A DNA stretch of 64,000 nt from Octopus sinensis (taxonomy: Eukaryota): assembly GCF_006345805.1 (NCBI RefSeq), contig NC_043000.1, forward strand, positions 88,226,001 through 88,290,000, written 5' to 3'. How positions within the stretch are numbered: the stretch's first letter is position 1; every line of letters begins with the position of its first letter. Shown in pieces: positions 52,281 to 64,000 of the stretch. A program made the translations under genes and the position numbers. Below the pieces are notes generated by a model. It saw only the letters and a program-made list of their open reading frames with translations, was not told the DNA's origin and searched no databases.

Positions 52281-53908
52281 ATACAAATCTTTATCTATCT
52301 ATTTAACTCTTTAACTCACCATATATATATATATGCATGTATATACACATATAAAGATAGATACAGTTGTGTATGCGAGCGTGCGTGCGCGGGCTTGTAC
52401 ATGCGTGCGTGCACGTGAGTATATGTGTATGAATGCTTGTGTGTGTAACTAAACGTATGTATGAATGTTTGCGCAAAATCTGTTCTCCATTGAATGAATT
52501 GATACATTTCTTCCAAATCGAAAGCTTTTACACAAATTACTGACAGTAGACGTTCACAACTCTAGTTATATATTTGTCAAATATGAAAAATTTTTTTCTA
52601 TAAAACTACTACACTCTCTGGTTGTAGGACTAATAGGTTTACGAAAAATTCGTTTATACGTATCTTCCAAAATAAATAAATAAATGAATAAATAAATAAA
52701 TAAAGAAAGAAATTGCTCACAACTGCCACACAGAATTACCATTTTTGCCAATTTCATACAAAGTATTTACGTTTATATAAATCTAATATACTGGTTTAGA
52801 GTAAAGTACACACAGCCTAGTTAGCGGTATATTTTTACAACCTATATGCTTTTTAACCCCAAATTATTATTAACACTCTTAAATTCTTAAAAGTAACAGA
52901 TATTGTTTGTGCTGAAGCCCTTTAAATGTCAGTTAATAAATCATATTAAAATTACTATTGCGCCAACAGTTGACGGCTCATGGCTAGGTATAGTCATAAA
53001 TATTGTCATATATATCCTTTTCCTCAGGGAGAAAAGAAGACATTAGGAGTAGTCAATTGGATATAGAGTGACTGTCTATAAAAGGAGGCTGGGTAGGAGA
53101 AGACTCAAAATCATGATATCAATTACCAGTTAAAGGGGCAAGACGCTAATAAAACCTATGATGCTGATACAGAGGAAATTTTATCTTAAGGTACTATGGG
53201 TGGTTGTTTATAAACAATATTGTTATGTTGTATGAAAGTAAAATTTAAGATTTTCAAAAATGATATCATAACCAAAATAGGTAAACTGTGATCATATATA
53301 ATTATAAACATTAAAATGGAAAGATTACATAGAATGAGTTTAATATTCATTCATGTACTTAATGACTTAGTAGGCGGTTTCTATAAAGACTGCTCTGGGC
53401 ATTTACTTATAGAATACTGGAAAGATAAACATGCTACCTAGATATTAATTATGGCCAAGAATCAGAAAAAATAAAGATGTGTTCAGATACACACACATAT
53501 TTATATAGGTGCACAGATGCACACATACACAACTATTTATACGTTTATATGGATATATATAACCATCTCGTATAGACTTAAGTAACTGAAAAATATCTAT
53601 TTACGAAGAAGAAAAATAACAATTTATTAAGGCTAAATGGTTAATAGGTTATGCACATATATGCATACATACATACAAATATTTCTACGTTTATATAGAT
53701 ATAATATAACCATCTCGCTTAGACTTAAATAGCTGAAAAAATTTATATTTAAGAACAGTAACAAATTATAAGGGATAAGAGATTAATAGGGAAGGATATC
53801 AAAAATAAGAAAACAAAAAGGAATTTATAGAAAATAAAAAGAGATACATATGACCTACATTTATATATATATATATATATACATATATATATAGCTGAAG
53901 GATGTATA

Positions 53909-54199
53909 GCTTAGTAGATCAATGGATATACTAAGTATGTCTATCTGCTGGAAATAACAGTCAAAGCTCTTAATTAAATCTCGTGCTGAGGAGAGATAGG
54001 CTATAATGCCAGTCCAGAAACCGTTCCACGTGATTCCAAATACTTGAATGTATGTTGAGAGCTTGTCTTAGCTCGTTTACCCGCAGGCGGATGATCTCTG
54101 TAGTTATCATTAGTGCCTTTTTCGTCGATTTGAATACGAGATTTGACTGTTATTTCCAGCAGGTAGGCATACTTAGTATATCCTTTGATTAAATTAAGC
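53909..54199. repeat. ~57 bp inverted repeats with ~176 bp spacer (MITE-like)
   Basis: ggatatactaagtatgtctatctgctggaaataacagtcaaa versus tttgactgttatttccagcaggtaggcatacttagtatatcc. Confidence 0.75.
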
Positions 54200-54226
54200 C
54201 TTCCGTTAGTTAATGTTTTTTGGGCC

Positions 54227-54388
54227 TGCAATCGCCTATATTATTGATTCTCTTGTTATCATTTTTAATTGTTACACTAGATGATAACAGTCAATAATAT
54301 CTTTGCAATCGCCTATATTATTGATTCCGTTATTATCATTTTTAATTGATACGCTTGATAATAACAGAGTCAATAATATCTTTGCAAA
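54227..54388. repeat. ~77 bp tandem duplication
   Basis: tgcaatcgcctatattattgattc...gtcaataatatctttgcaa occurs twice. Confidence 0.85.
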
Positions 54389-56556
54389 TATTTTCTCCTG
54401 AATTGTTTCGTATTGAAGCACACACACAAGGAATTTTGTTCAATTGGCGAAATGTAACAGGTATGAACTATGAGCACTCAATTTTGTCTACCACAAAAAC
54501 TCCGGCTGGACTGCAACTGAAAAATATGCTGCTGAATATCCCTATCAAATGCTAGAAGTGATCTCTCCTTGAGAGAGTGGATATAAATTAAAATAGAAAG
54601 TGCTAAAGCAAAAAAATTGGCATCAGTTGAAAAACATTTAATTTCAATAGAGAATATAAATATAGTGAAGAGTAGCTAGAGCAAAAAGATATTCTCTTAA
54701 AGCTGTTTCTAGAATAGCCAAGCATGTGGATTATGATATTGGGAAAGCATTCCATAAATTAAATATACCGTCATCGGAGAGAGAGAAATCAGAAAATGTA
54801 GAAATGAAGAATATCCCCAATCGAGGATATTAGTACTTTCCAGTTCGTCGGGGAATGAAGGATCAGAATGAAAAGTATATGCGTTTTAAGAAATAATAGA
54901 GTTATAGATAAAGTTCATTAGCTGTTCCATAAATGAAGATTCGATAATAATCCATGGCAAAGGATAATGGAAGCTACTAGTTCCATTTTTGAATAGTGTG
55001 TGAATAAGGACTGAGTTGGAATATCTACTAAAGTATGAAGGAAAGATTGAATGGTAGATGCATGAGTGGATAGAGCCTAGTGAGAGCATGTTTGGTGAAA
55101 GAGGTTATGGGATATATACACGCATACAGATAGATAAGGGATGAAAAATTGCAGATGTCAGATAGTCTCATCTCATGTCTGACCACCAGTATTGGCCAGA
55201 GTCATTAGAGTGGGTGGGAGGGGTTAGGTTAGTAATAATGTGGTTGTAAAAGACAATGAAGTTCTCGAATTGCAGCCACAACTACAGGGATCGTAATTAC
55301 GACTTGCGGTGAGGAGAGATTTAGGGCTCATCCGGTTACGATGTCGCTAGATACAGATGCAAATAATGTTAAGATTTTAAAACTTGTAGTGTTAGTGAGA
55401 GTGTATGATCGTAGGGAATAGATGAATAAAAGTAGTTTTAAAATTTTTTAAATGAAAAAACCCATTTTTACTAAGTTATACAGGAGTGAAATTATAGGGC
55501 CCAGGAATGAAACAAATATAGCAATAATGGATAATAGATTTATGAATAAATCAGTGAAGAAATCTGGTAATTTAAATTAGTCATATATATTTTTATACCA
55601 ATTGTTTAACTCTATAACCATGAGAAGAGAAGGTCTAGAGGTGTTCATTTAATAGCATTAGTGTTGCAAATATTATAATCTAGGTGGGATGCATAAATAT
55701 GAATTAAGGAAAAATGAGAATCTATAAAATAAAACAATAAAATGGACATGATAATAATGTAGCTATGCTGATTTAATTAAGTCAGCTCGTACGATATTTA
55801 ACCTATATATCAGTGAGAATCAGAGGTGGTTGTTTTACCGCGATTAGATTTATGATAAAATGAAAATTATTTAAAGATTTTGGGAACATACAAAGAAAAG
55901 ATTTTGTGTTGCTTATTTAATAATTGCATAGGGTTATGTGATAGGATTTCTATACATTCCCTCAAGCATAACCAAGACGAGGTATTTTCTTCTTGATATG
56001 GAGGACCTGCGTCAATGAATGACCAAAGTATATTATGTGGCTTCGTCTTTTTCTAAAGGTAGTGTACATGTTCCGCGAAACAAATAGATCTACTATGTTT
56101 TTCATATTTAAATGAGTTTAAATGCACAAAATATCTTTGCTTAAAACTGACAGTAGCTTCAGTATAAACCTTGGTGGGGTTTTGGAGTATATTAAGAACC
56201 GTGCTCTTTAAAAGTACATCAAGACTAGCTATGAGCTCCTAACCGGTAGTTATTCCAATTATTTTGAGTTACAATTGGCTCTAATTGGTTTAGGAATTTC
56301 CCGCTAAGTGAATTACAGAATGCATAATTAGAGGATGTATGATGGTCTAAGCTAGTTCCTTCTGATCCGTTCTTCGCACAGTCATTGTTTCCGATGATAT
56401 ATGTACTGTTATTATAGGTACTGCTGATTGGAAACAGAGAGATTGTTGACTCATGGGAGAGATTAAGTGTAGCGTCATTGTTGCGGTTTGTAGTATAAAC
56501 CCTGTTTTTGTAAATTGTACTACTGATGTTGTCGCTATTATTATTTTTATTATTAA

Positions 56557-57485
56557 ATGTTTGACTTTTGCTTTGCATTTGTACAAGTTGGTTCCAAGTT
56601 TCGCCCAGAGACCTCAAGAGACAACAAGTTAGAAGTTCATGTTGGTGTTATGCCTAGAGTGCCATATATTTGGTTTTGTACATAGCGTTGTTCTAGAGAA
56701 GGTTTAAGAAACCATACGAAAATTGTGTTTGTTTTAAAATTTGAGATTACATAGACAGTATTTTACGTAGCATAGGGGCAGTTCCCATGAGCACTATCTT
56801 GCTAATTTCTATTTCAAGATCTTTATACTTGCTCAGTTTTTGGTAGGTCTTGACACATACGTTTATATCGATTGGGACAGTCATATCAATGAGGAGGCAT
56901 GATTTTGTCTGAAGGCTTTCAATATGATGGCTGGCCTATTTGCATCTATCTTTCTGTCAGTTTGAATGGTGAAGTTCCAGAGGAGTGAGATGTGAACATT
57001 TTCAAGCACTGGGGGTGGTTTGTGTTCCAACGAGTTTTTATCATGGGGCAAGTCCAGGTTTTTGCAAATTACCCAGTGAATATATTGTGCAGCTCTATCA
57101 TGCCTGTTGAGATACTATGTAGGCGCAAGAAGACTACACATAGAGACAACATGATCAATGGTTTCATTTTGTTGTTGACATACACGACATATTGAGAGCT
57201 GCCGTTTTTTAATATGTTGATCTGATAGTTCCTTGTAGGCAGGCATTGATCTTGGACTGCCATGATAAACCCTTCTGTTTCTGATTTTAAGCCAGAAGCC
57301 AGTAGCCATTGATAGGTAGGGGCTTTGTCTACACCGGCATTATTCGCTCTCCTTGGGTATTTCCCATTGAGAGGTTTTTCTTACCATTTATCAGTCAGAA
57401 TATCTAAGGCAGCGATTTTAGCACGGGCTTTCATGCGCTTAGCTTTTTCTGCACTTGTTTCTAGTACGACTCATTCTGGAATGTG

Positions 57486-57486
<1 letters not shown>
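56557..57486 (-). mobile_element. 5'-truncated Dong/R4 LINE, same family as 43350-44220
   Basis: High-identity reverse complement (QDQCLPTRNYQINILKNGS; CRVCQQQNETIDHVVSMC); lacks ~123 bp present at 43854-43976; abuts (TTA)n. Confidence 0.92.
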
Positions 57487-57540
<54 letters not shown>

Positions 57541-57579
57541 TAATAATAATAATAATAATTATTATTATTATTATTATTA

Positions 57580-57636
<57 letters not shown>
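57487..57636. repeat. Palindromic microsatellite (AAT)n-(ATT)n
   Basis: ~72 bp of (AAT)n switches directly at aatt (57557-57560) to ~78 bp of (ATT)n. Confidence 0.95.
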
Positions 57637-57689
57637 CCTTAGTTGTGGTTGTTGTGTTATGTCTATGAAAGATGCGCTTATTAAATGCC

Positions 57690-58075
57690 GCTATGATGGA
57701 TTCGATGCTAAGTGTAGTGGAATAGAACAGAATCATCAATTCGCATGAGTACTGTGACCAGCCGGATTAATTAGAAATAGTGATCCACCAGGAGCGTCAT
57801 CACTTGCTAATCGTTTTTCATTGCAACGGTGCCAGACTACATACGTATTTTCTGACATGACTGAAGTTATTGAGGTCTGACTGGGAAGTTTTGTCGCACT
57901 ATCCGATCTGGCGCCTTCAGATTACCGTCTTTTTTGGTTTCTTCAAATATTCGTTGAATGGACAGATCTTCAACACAAAAGATGATGTGAAAATTCACTT
58001 GGAAAAGTATTTCACCAGCAATGGCAGCTCTTTTTCAACAGAATTATGGAATCTAGTCAATAGAAAGATTAGCTA
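57690..58075 (+). pseudogene. mariner transposase fragment
   Basis: INSHEYCDQ...IVFHCNGARLH...KLLRSDWEVLSH../SDLAPSDYRLF...SLNGQIFNTKDDVKIHLEKYF. Confidence 0.8.
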
Positions 58076-59904
58076 CAATCTACCGTTCCAGTTCTTTTGA
58101 TATACGGCACATTTGCTTAGTTGAAGAGTACACTACACTCCCCTAAAGAAGTGGGCAGGATGGATTCGCTTAGACTATGAAATTCTCGATATCTCTGCAC
58201 TAATCTCGGCTGTGTATGACTAAAATAGATTATTAATGCTGCAACTGTTTAGTGCAAAGAGGTATATTCACTATCGTGCGATGGCATGTTTTAGACATAG
58301 TCGGTGATTTGCAGGGTCGATAACAAAAGAAGATATTACATAAGCCATAAAAATACGATATTTTTTCTCCACCAGCACAAAACACTATAGGTCTTTTAGA
58401 ATGAGAAATTGGAACGTGCTACATCACACGATTTAAAACGAAATTTCATGACACTAACTGTTATATTTGGTATGAAATTCGATATTTCTCCATCAACTTA
58501 CCATAGACTTTTAACAAAGAGTAATTGTAATGCACTGCATCACACAAGGAAAGAAAAGGAATTTGATCGGTAAATTTGAGTTAAAAAGCACCCATGTTTT
58601 GCAGGTTGGTTTATATAATGATACAGATAATAAACCCTTACCTCACGTGAGAAAGAATAATTTATTCTGTGTTTGATTTGTTTCGTTTGTACTGTGTGCA
58701 TCCCATGAGTATGATTTTCGAGCTGGTTTGGTTTATTTGTCGTTTGTTGTGACTTCTTTGAAAGAAATTATAGATACATGTACGGCCGTATACTATATGT
58801 TGCCATGATGCTTTCAATAATAAAGTTTGCTTAATACATTTGATATTTAATAACTATTTCAGCGTCGATTTTTTTTGATAGATTTAGTGTGTTATGTGTG
58901 CTGGAAAGGCTTCCTAGAATTTTTTTGTTTCTTTTCCTTGGGCGTGTTTGCGTATGTGTGTTTGTGCATGTGCGTGCGTACCTGCGTGTGTGTGTGTGCG
59001 CGCGCGTGCCTGTGTCTGTATAAGTGTGCATGCTCGTGTGTGAACATGTGTGTACATGTATGTGTATTTCAGTGCTACTGAATGTATTGGTTTGTTGCCT
59101 GTGTTGCACGTTACTTTGTAGAAAGAAGGGATACTGTGTATTTGGTAATTGCATATTTTAGTATATTTGTGTCAAACTTAGTTTCTAATGCGAGTTAGAG
59201 TAATTACGCAGCATATCTTGGAGGAGATATACTATACAATTATATGTCCTTATTATATGGTGATTAGATACTATTGTTATACAAGTGCTCTCATAATTTA
59301 TTGTCTTGCTTCAATATTGCTTGAAAAAATCTGCCTTATGACAAGAACAGCAAATAGCATGAAAAATTATCTTAATATTTCTTTTACAAACAACCCAAAG
59401 GCACCCATTCTGAACAAGTAAGACTGAAAATTGTACTAAATTAGAATTTTTGATTAGGATATACCGCACAATAGGAACCATGTTGTTGGAACTTTTCGAT
59501 TGTTATTTAAATGAGCTGATTGTACGAGAAGGCATATTTTCTCCACTACTTCCGAATGCATTGTCGACATCAAAATGCTGCATAAACTGAATATAAATGA
59601 AGCACATTAAAATTAAGGGAAAATGATACTACCAAAGTATCATTAACCAGTTTTATCTTGTATTTATGGACGTTACAATGTTATTGCCAACACGTAAGTT
59701 ATTTCCTCACAGAACATCTGCCTCAACGTTAACTTACAGCAGTAAATTATACTCTGTTATTTGACTTTGTACATATGCTTGGCAGCAATACAATGGTAGA
59801 TAACATTCCATGTTATATTTGTTTCGAGTCTGAACATTCTGAGTTCAGTTTTTGCTTTGGACGTCCATACGTTTTTGTGAGAGTGTGTGTGTGATTGCGT
59901 GTCT

Positions 59905-60090
59905 TTGTGCTTGTGTTTCTTTCCTCCCATCCACCGCTTCACAAACAGTGTGGGTGTGTTTACGTCCCCGTAACTTAGCTGTTCGGCAAAAGTGACCAAT
60001 ATAATAAGTATCATCTGTACACAAAATAAGTACTGGAGGCGATTCGTTCGACTAAAATTCTTCACGGCGATACATCATCATGGTCGCGGT
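59905..60090 (+). mobile_element. 3' half of decayed CORE-like SINE
   Basis: ggtgtgtttacgtccccgtaacttagctgttcggcaaaagtgaccaatataataagta. Confidence 0.7.
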
Positions 60091-60109
60091 ATAATCATTG
60101 AATATGTAC

Positions 60110-60141
<32 letters not shown>

Positions 60142-61102
60142 TTGGTTTGCAAGATTCTTGATGTGAATTCTTGTGTTGGAACAATTCTGTTATCTAAGGG
60201 GTCATTATGCGAATAAAAATTAAACCAATACACGCAGTGGTTCAATACCACTTATTTATTTTGTACCAACTAACTATTCAATTGCTGGTTCAACGGGTTG
60301 ATTGAAAAATCACTCAATCGTTAGTTTTTGTTTTTTTATCAGAGTCCATTCGTCATTATTCGCGATCTCATCACTGACGTGCCCTCACTCTTCAAGGTTT
60401 ACTTCGAGTCTACCTATGTATGTATGTATGTATGTATGTATGTATGTATGTATGTATGTATGTATGTATGTATGTATGTATGTATGTATGTATGTATGTA
60501 TGTATGTATGTATGCATGCATTTATGTATGTATATATGTATGTATGTTGATGTTTAAGTTTTTAGTTATATTTGTCATCGGGTGCGTGTTTGTTGTAATA
60601 GGTTTTTTTAGAAGAGGTATGCGTCTGCATGTATGTTTGCGTGTGTGCGTTCTTGTGTGTGTGATTTTTTGCATATGTGTGTGTGAGGTATAGTCGGTTG
60701 GTTTTGGAAAAGGTATGCGACTGTGTGTATGTGTGTACGTTCTTGAACGTGTGCCTGTTCTCGCATGTGTATATGTGCGCGCGCATATGTGTGCACTTGT
60801 GCTTGTGTATTTCTGTGTGTGCGTGGATGTAGTTGTATGTTCTTGCATGTGTGCCTTCGTGAGTGCATGCGTGGCGTGGATGTGTATGGTTGTGTACTGA
60901 AATTGTTCATGATCACATATACCCATCTTTAGGAGTTTCTTTCTATCCTGCTGCCACTATTATAATACCAGCATATATATAATACCTATACTCATCCATG
61001 CCCTCCTAAACGCACCGACGTACACATTGTTATGTGTTGCCTACATTGTTATATGTTGCGTGAGCAGTAGCAGTTCTGCTGCGCTTCTATTATATATGTA
61101 TA

Positions 61103-61537
61103 TGAGCAAAACGCCCCCGTCCAATGGACGGTGCTGTGTTGTCAAACATTTAAACCAAATTTTCTCAAAACAACTTGTCCGACCGTCTCATAGGCTTCCC
61201 CTTTGAGACACACTGATTTAACCTAAATTTGGGACACCAAGAAAAGAAGAAATAAAGATAAACTTTTTTCTATTCCAAAGAAAAACGATTTTATTCACAC
61301 AAATATGCAACGGAAGAATTTAAAGTACCAGTAAGTACATCGCAACAAATATCACGTTCCCACGGCTTTATCGATCGCATTCTCACCTGGAATCGATTTT
61401 CATAATTTTTTCAAGACTTATACACGCCCTAATACCGTCGGTATCTACATATCAAATTTGAGTGCAATCGTATAGAGGATGCCCGAGATCCTAGAAGACA
61501 CACAGACAGACGGACAGAACGGATTTTATCTAATAGA
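61103..61537 (-). mobile_element. Non-autonomous Helitron-like element
   Basis: Minus strand 5' TCTATTAGATAAAATCC with (CTGT)-like repeats; 3' perfect hairpin ccgtcca-t-tggacgg; terminal CTAG degenerate. Confidence 0.6.
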
Positions 61538-62034
61538 TATTACATTTAGGGTCGGCATTGTCTTATTTATGGAAACAAGCTTTCGTGTCTCTTGTAACGA
61601 GGCATATCTCGAGTGTTTAGACAAGATTTAGATACTGGTTTGATTCAGCATGCTTCTATGTTGATCTTTGGTTTGTGTGGTAAACTATCGACCAGGGTTT
61701 CTTGTCATTATATTTCCGCCAATGTTTATTTAGTGTCTCAGTTAAACTCTTTAAACTTTCCCCAGTGTATACCGTATTCCGGTTCCTACAATCAATCTCC
61801 ATGCATTCTACAGAAGGTAGTCTACCGAATACATACATGCATACATACATACATAGGCATAAAACTAGTTTTCAGTCAGACTTTGTAGAGGGAGCACATG
61901 TCATTGATGACGTCGCCAATTTTGTTGAAAAGACACTGAGAGAAAAAAAAAGACTAAAGACCAATTGATTATTCAATCAACATGTTAAAGCAGCAATTTA
62001 TTTAGCTATCTATGTATCTATCTATCTGTAAGCT

Positions 62035-62071
<37 letters not shown>

Positions 62072-62142
62072 CTCTACTACCTATCTATGTATGTATGTCT
62101 CTCTCTCTCTCTATCTATATATATTTGTAAATATATATATAT

Positions 62143-62184
<42 letters not shown>

Positions 62185-62245
62185 ATACACACAGTCATGG
62201 TATTGTTGCTTTGTAGGTTGTTGCATTTACTGTACTCTAAATTAT

Positions 62246-62632
62246 GTGGAAGCACTCCGTCGGTTACGACGATGAGGGTTCCGGTTGATCCGAATCAACG
62301 GAACAGCCTGCTCGTGAAATTAACGTGTAAGTGGCTGAGCACTCCACAGACACGTGCACCCTTAACGTAGTTCTCGGGGATATTCAGCGTGACACAGGGA
62401 GTGACAAGGCCGGCCCCTTGAAATACAGGTACAACAGAAACAGGAAGTAAGAGTGAGAGAAAGTTGTGGTGAAAGAGTACAGCAGGGATCACCACGATCC
62501 CCTGCCGGAGCCTCGTGGAGCTTTTAGGTGTTTTCGCTCAATAAACACTCACAACGCCCAGTCTGGGAATCGAAACCGCGATCTTATGACAGCGAGTCCG
62601 CTGCCCTAACCACTGGGCCGTTGCGCCTCCAC
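62246..62632 (-). mobile_element. Full-length SINE with the 13757-type head but a different tail
   Basis: GGAGGCGCAACGGCCCAGTGG...GGTTTCGATTCC head; TSD actc(t/c)aaattat at 62234-62245 and 62633-62644. Confidence 0.9.
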
Positions 62633-62809
62633 ACTCCAAATTATACTGAATACAGACAGTAAGGGTAGGTTGTTATCTATCCTGGAATTGACGCATTCGG
62701 CAGAAACATCCAATTTTATGGCCTCTTACTGGCCGACCAGCTTCTACGTTTGCCGCCAAGTTTATATTTTAGAATGTTACTTTGTTCTTGTCTTTATTAT
62801 TTTTTCCTT

Positions 62810-63600
62810 TTTGAGGCCTATGCAATCATGACACTAGAGATAAACAATACAACCACTTTCAGATGGTCGTGGTGAGTTCCACAACGAAAGGAAGGAGTAA
62901 CAGAAATTGGATAAAAGAACTAGGAAGCTGCTCACAATGCACAGCGTGTACCACCCAAATTAAAACACTAAGAGACTCTACCTTCCAAGAAAGGAAAGAG
63001 GCAGAGGATTGCTAAATGCAGAAGATAGCAATTGTACTGTGATATTGGGCATGAATGTATACGTCAAATAGTGCGTTGGGATGTTAACCAATTGTGTGAT
63101 TTCGGGAAAACAGAAAAGCGGTATAAACATGAACTGGAAGCTGTGATATAGAATGAGAATCTCCTGATCATTTGAAAACCCCCGCCAACAGCGGACCAGA
63201 TATAACAGAGTTGATACTGCAGAAATTAAAGATATCACCCTTCTTGGGGAGTTTAATATCCAGACTGATCGAGTTATACCGGCCAGTATACCAGATACTG
63301 TGGCCAAAAATATGTTGTCAAAACAGGTCTCCTCATAGATATGTCAATTCCGGTAGACTGCAACTCTTCTGTAAAGTTCTTTGAAAAATTAAGTAAATAT
63401 AAGGTCCTTGAAATGGAAGTCTAAGAAATGTTGCATCTAAGAACAACTGTAAATGTAATCATCAGAGCTTTGGGAACAATAACAAAAGGCGCGCTTGAAC
63501 AGCATGGCCAAATGCCGAGAAACTCCAAATCATCAGAACTACAATAAATACTTTTTTATGTGTATTGTCCCAATCCTAATAAAATCTCTTAAAAGATTAT
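62810..63600 (+). mobile_element. Old, internally deleted Dong/R4 LINE fragment
   Basis: LDKRTRKLLTMHSVYHPN*NTKRLYLPRKERGRGLL; FNIQTDRVIPASIPD...LIDMSIPVDCNSSVKFFEKLSKYKVL. Confidence 0.8.
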
Positions 63601-63780
63601 AAAAACAGAAATATCATTAATTGAACACAATCTTTCTAGGTTCTGACCTTTACGTACATTATATCATAGCTGATCATAAATAACGCCCATAGTAAAACGT
63701 CCAGCTTGCTGTTACTTGAGGTCACTTGGGGAAACTTTGGACAGCTCATATAAAACAAAGCAACAATAACGTAAATAATA

Positions 63781-63848
<68 letters not shown>

Positions 63849-63850
<2 letters not shown>

Positions 63851-64000
63851 GCCCTGATGCAGTACCAGGCATGGCTCTCATAGCTTCTGATCTTAACGGA
63901 TTAGAAGTGTTATCATGTACATTGTTTTGTCTTGGTATAAAAGATGGGCTACAGCAAATATTCTTCTCAATACCACAGATTTGCTTGTCAGCTGTTTGAC
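63849..64000 (-). repeat. Probable retroelement end abutting (TAA)n, truncated by the window edge
   Basis: Abrupt junction between (TAA)n at 63775-63848 and non-repetitive sequence tgccctgatgcagtaccagg; family not identified. Confidence 0.35.

Noticed and set aside
52900-56230. AT-rich stretches resembling decayed retroelement sequence, with a ~145 bp-period local duplication at 53530-53790
   Set aside because: No translatable motif recognised, so no family call can be supported

Overview
AT-rich, microsatellite-dense eukaryotic DNA, intergenic or intronic. The SINE repertoire suggests an octopus/cephalopod genome (inference). No host protein-coding exon could be supported, and most ORFs in the track are translations of (TA)n, (TG)n or (TATG)n repeats. 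The window is a mosaic of mobile DNA: several tRNA-derived SINE families, RTE and R4/Dong LINE fragments, Penelope-like GIY-YIG fragments, Tigger, Tc1 and mariner relics, and non-autonomous Helitrons. Four observations stand out. (1) There are more than a dozen minimal type I hammerhead ribozyme (HHR) motifs, including two ~350-365 bp tandem retrozyme-like repeat families (10988-13440 and 49305-50370) that share a covarying two-hairpin module at the same distance from the HHR. (2) The only intact long ORF, a 448 aa LINE ORF1/gag-like zinc-knuckle protein, lies in a 1.6 kb ORF1-only element with a 17 bp TSD. It is inserted right beside the HHR of one retrozyme family, and the empty site is preserved in the neighbouring inverted copy. 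(3) The 3' tail of that element resembles the tail of a SINE in the window. (4) HHR-bearing inverted repeats are nested at 24.3-27.6 kb. All alignments were done by eye, so coordinates of decayed elements are approximate.
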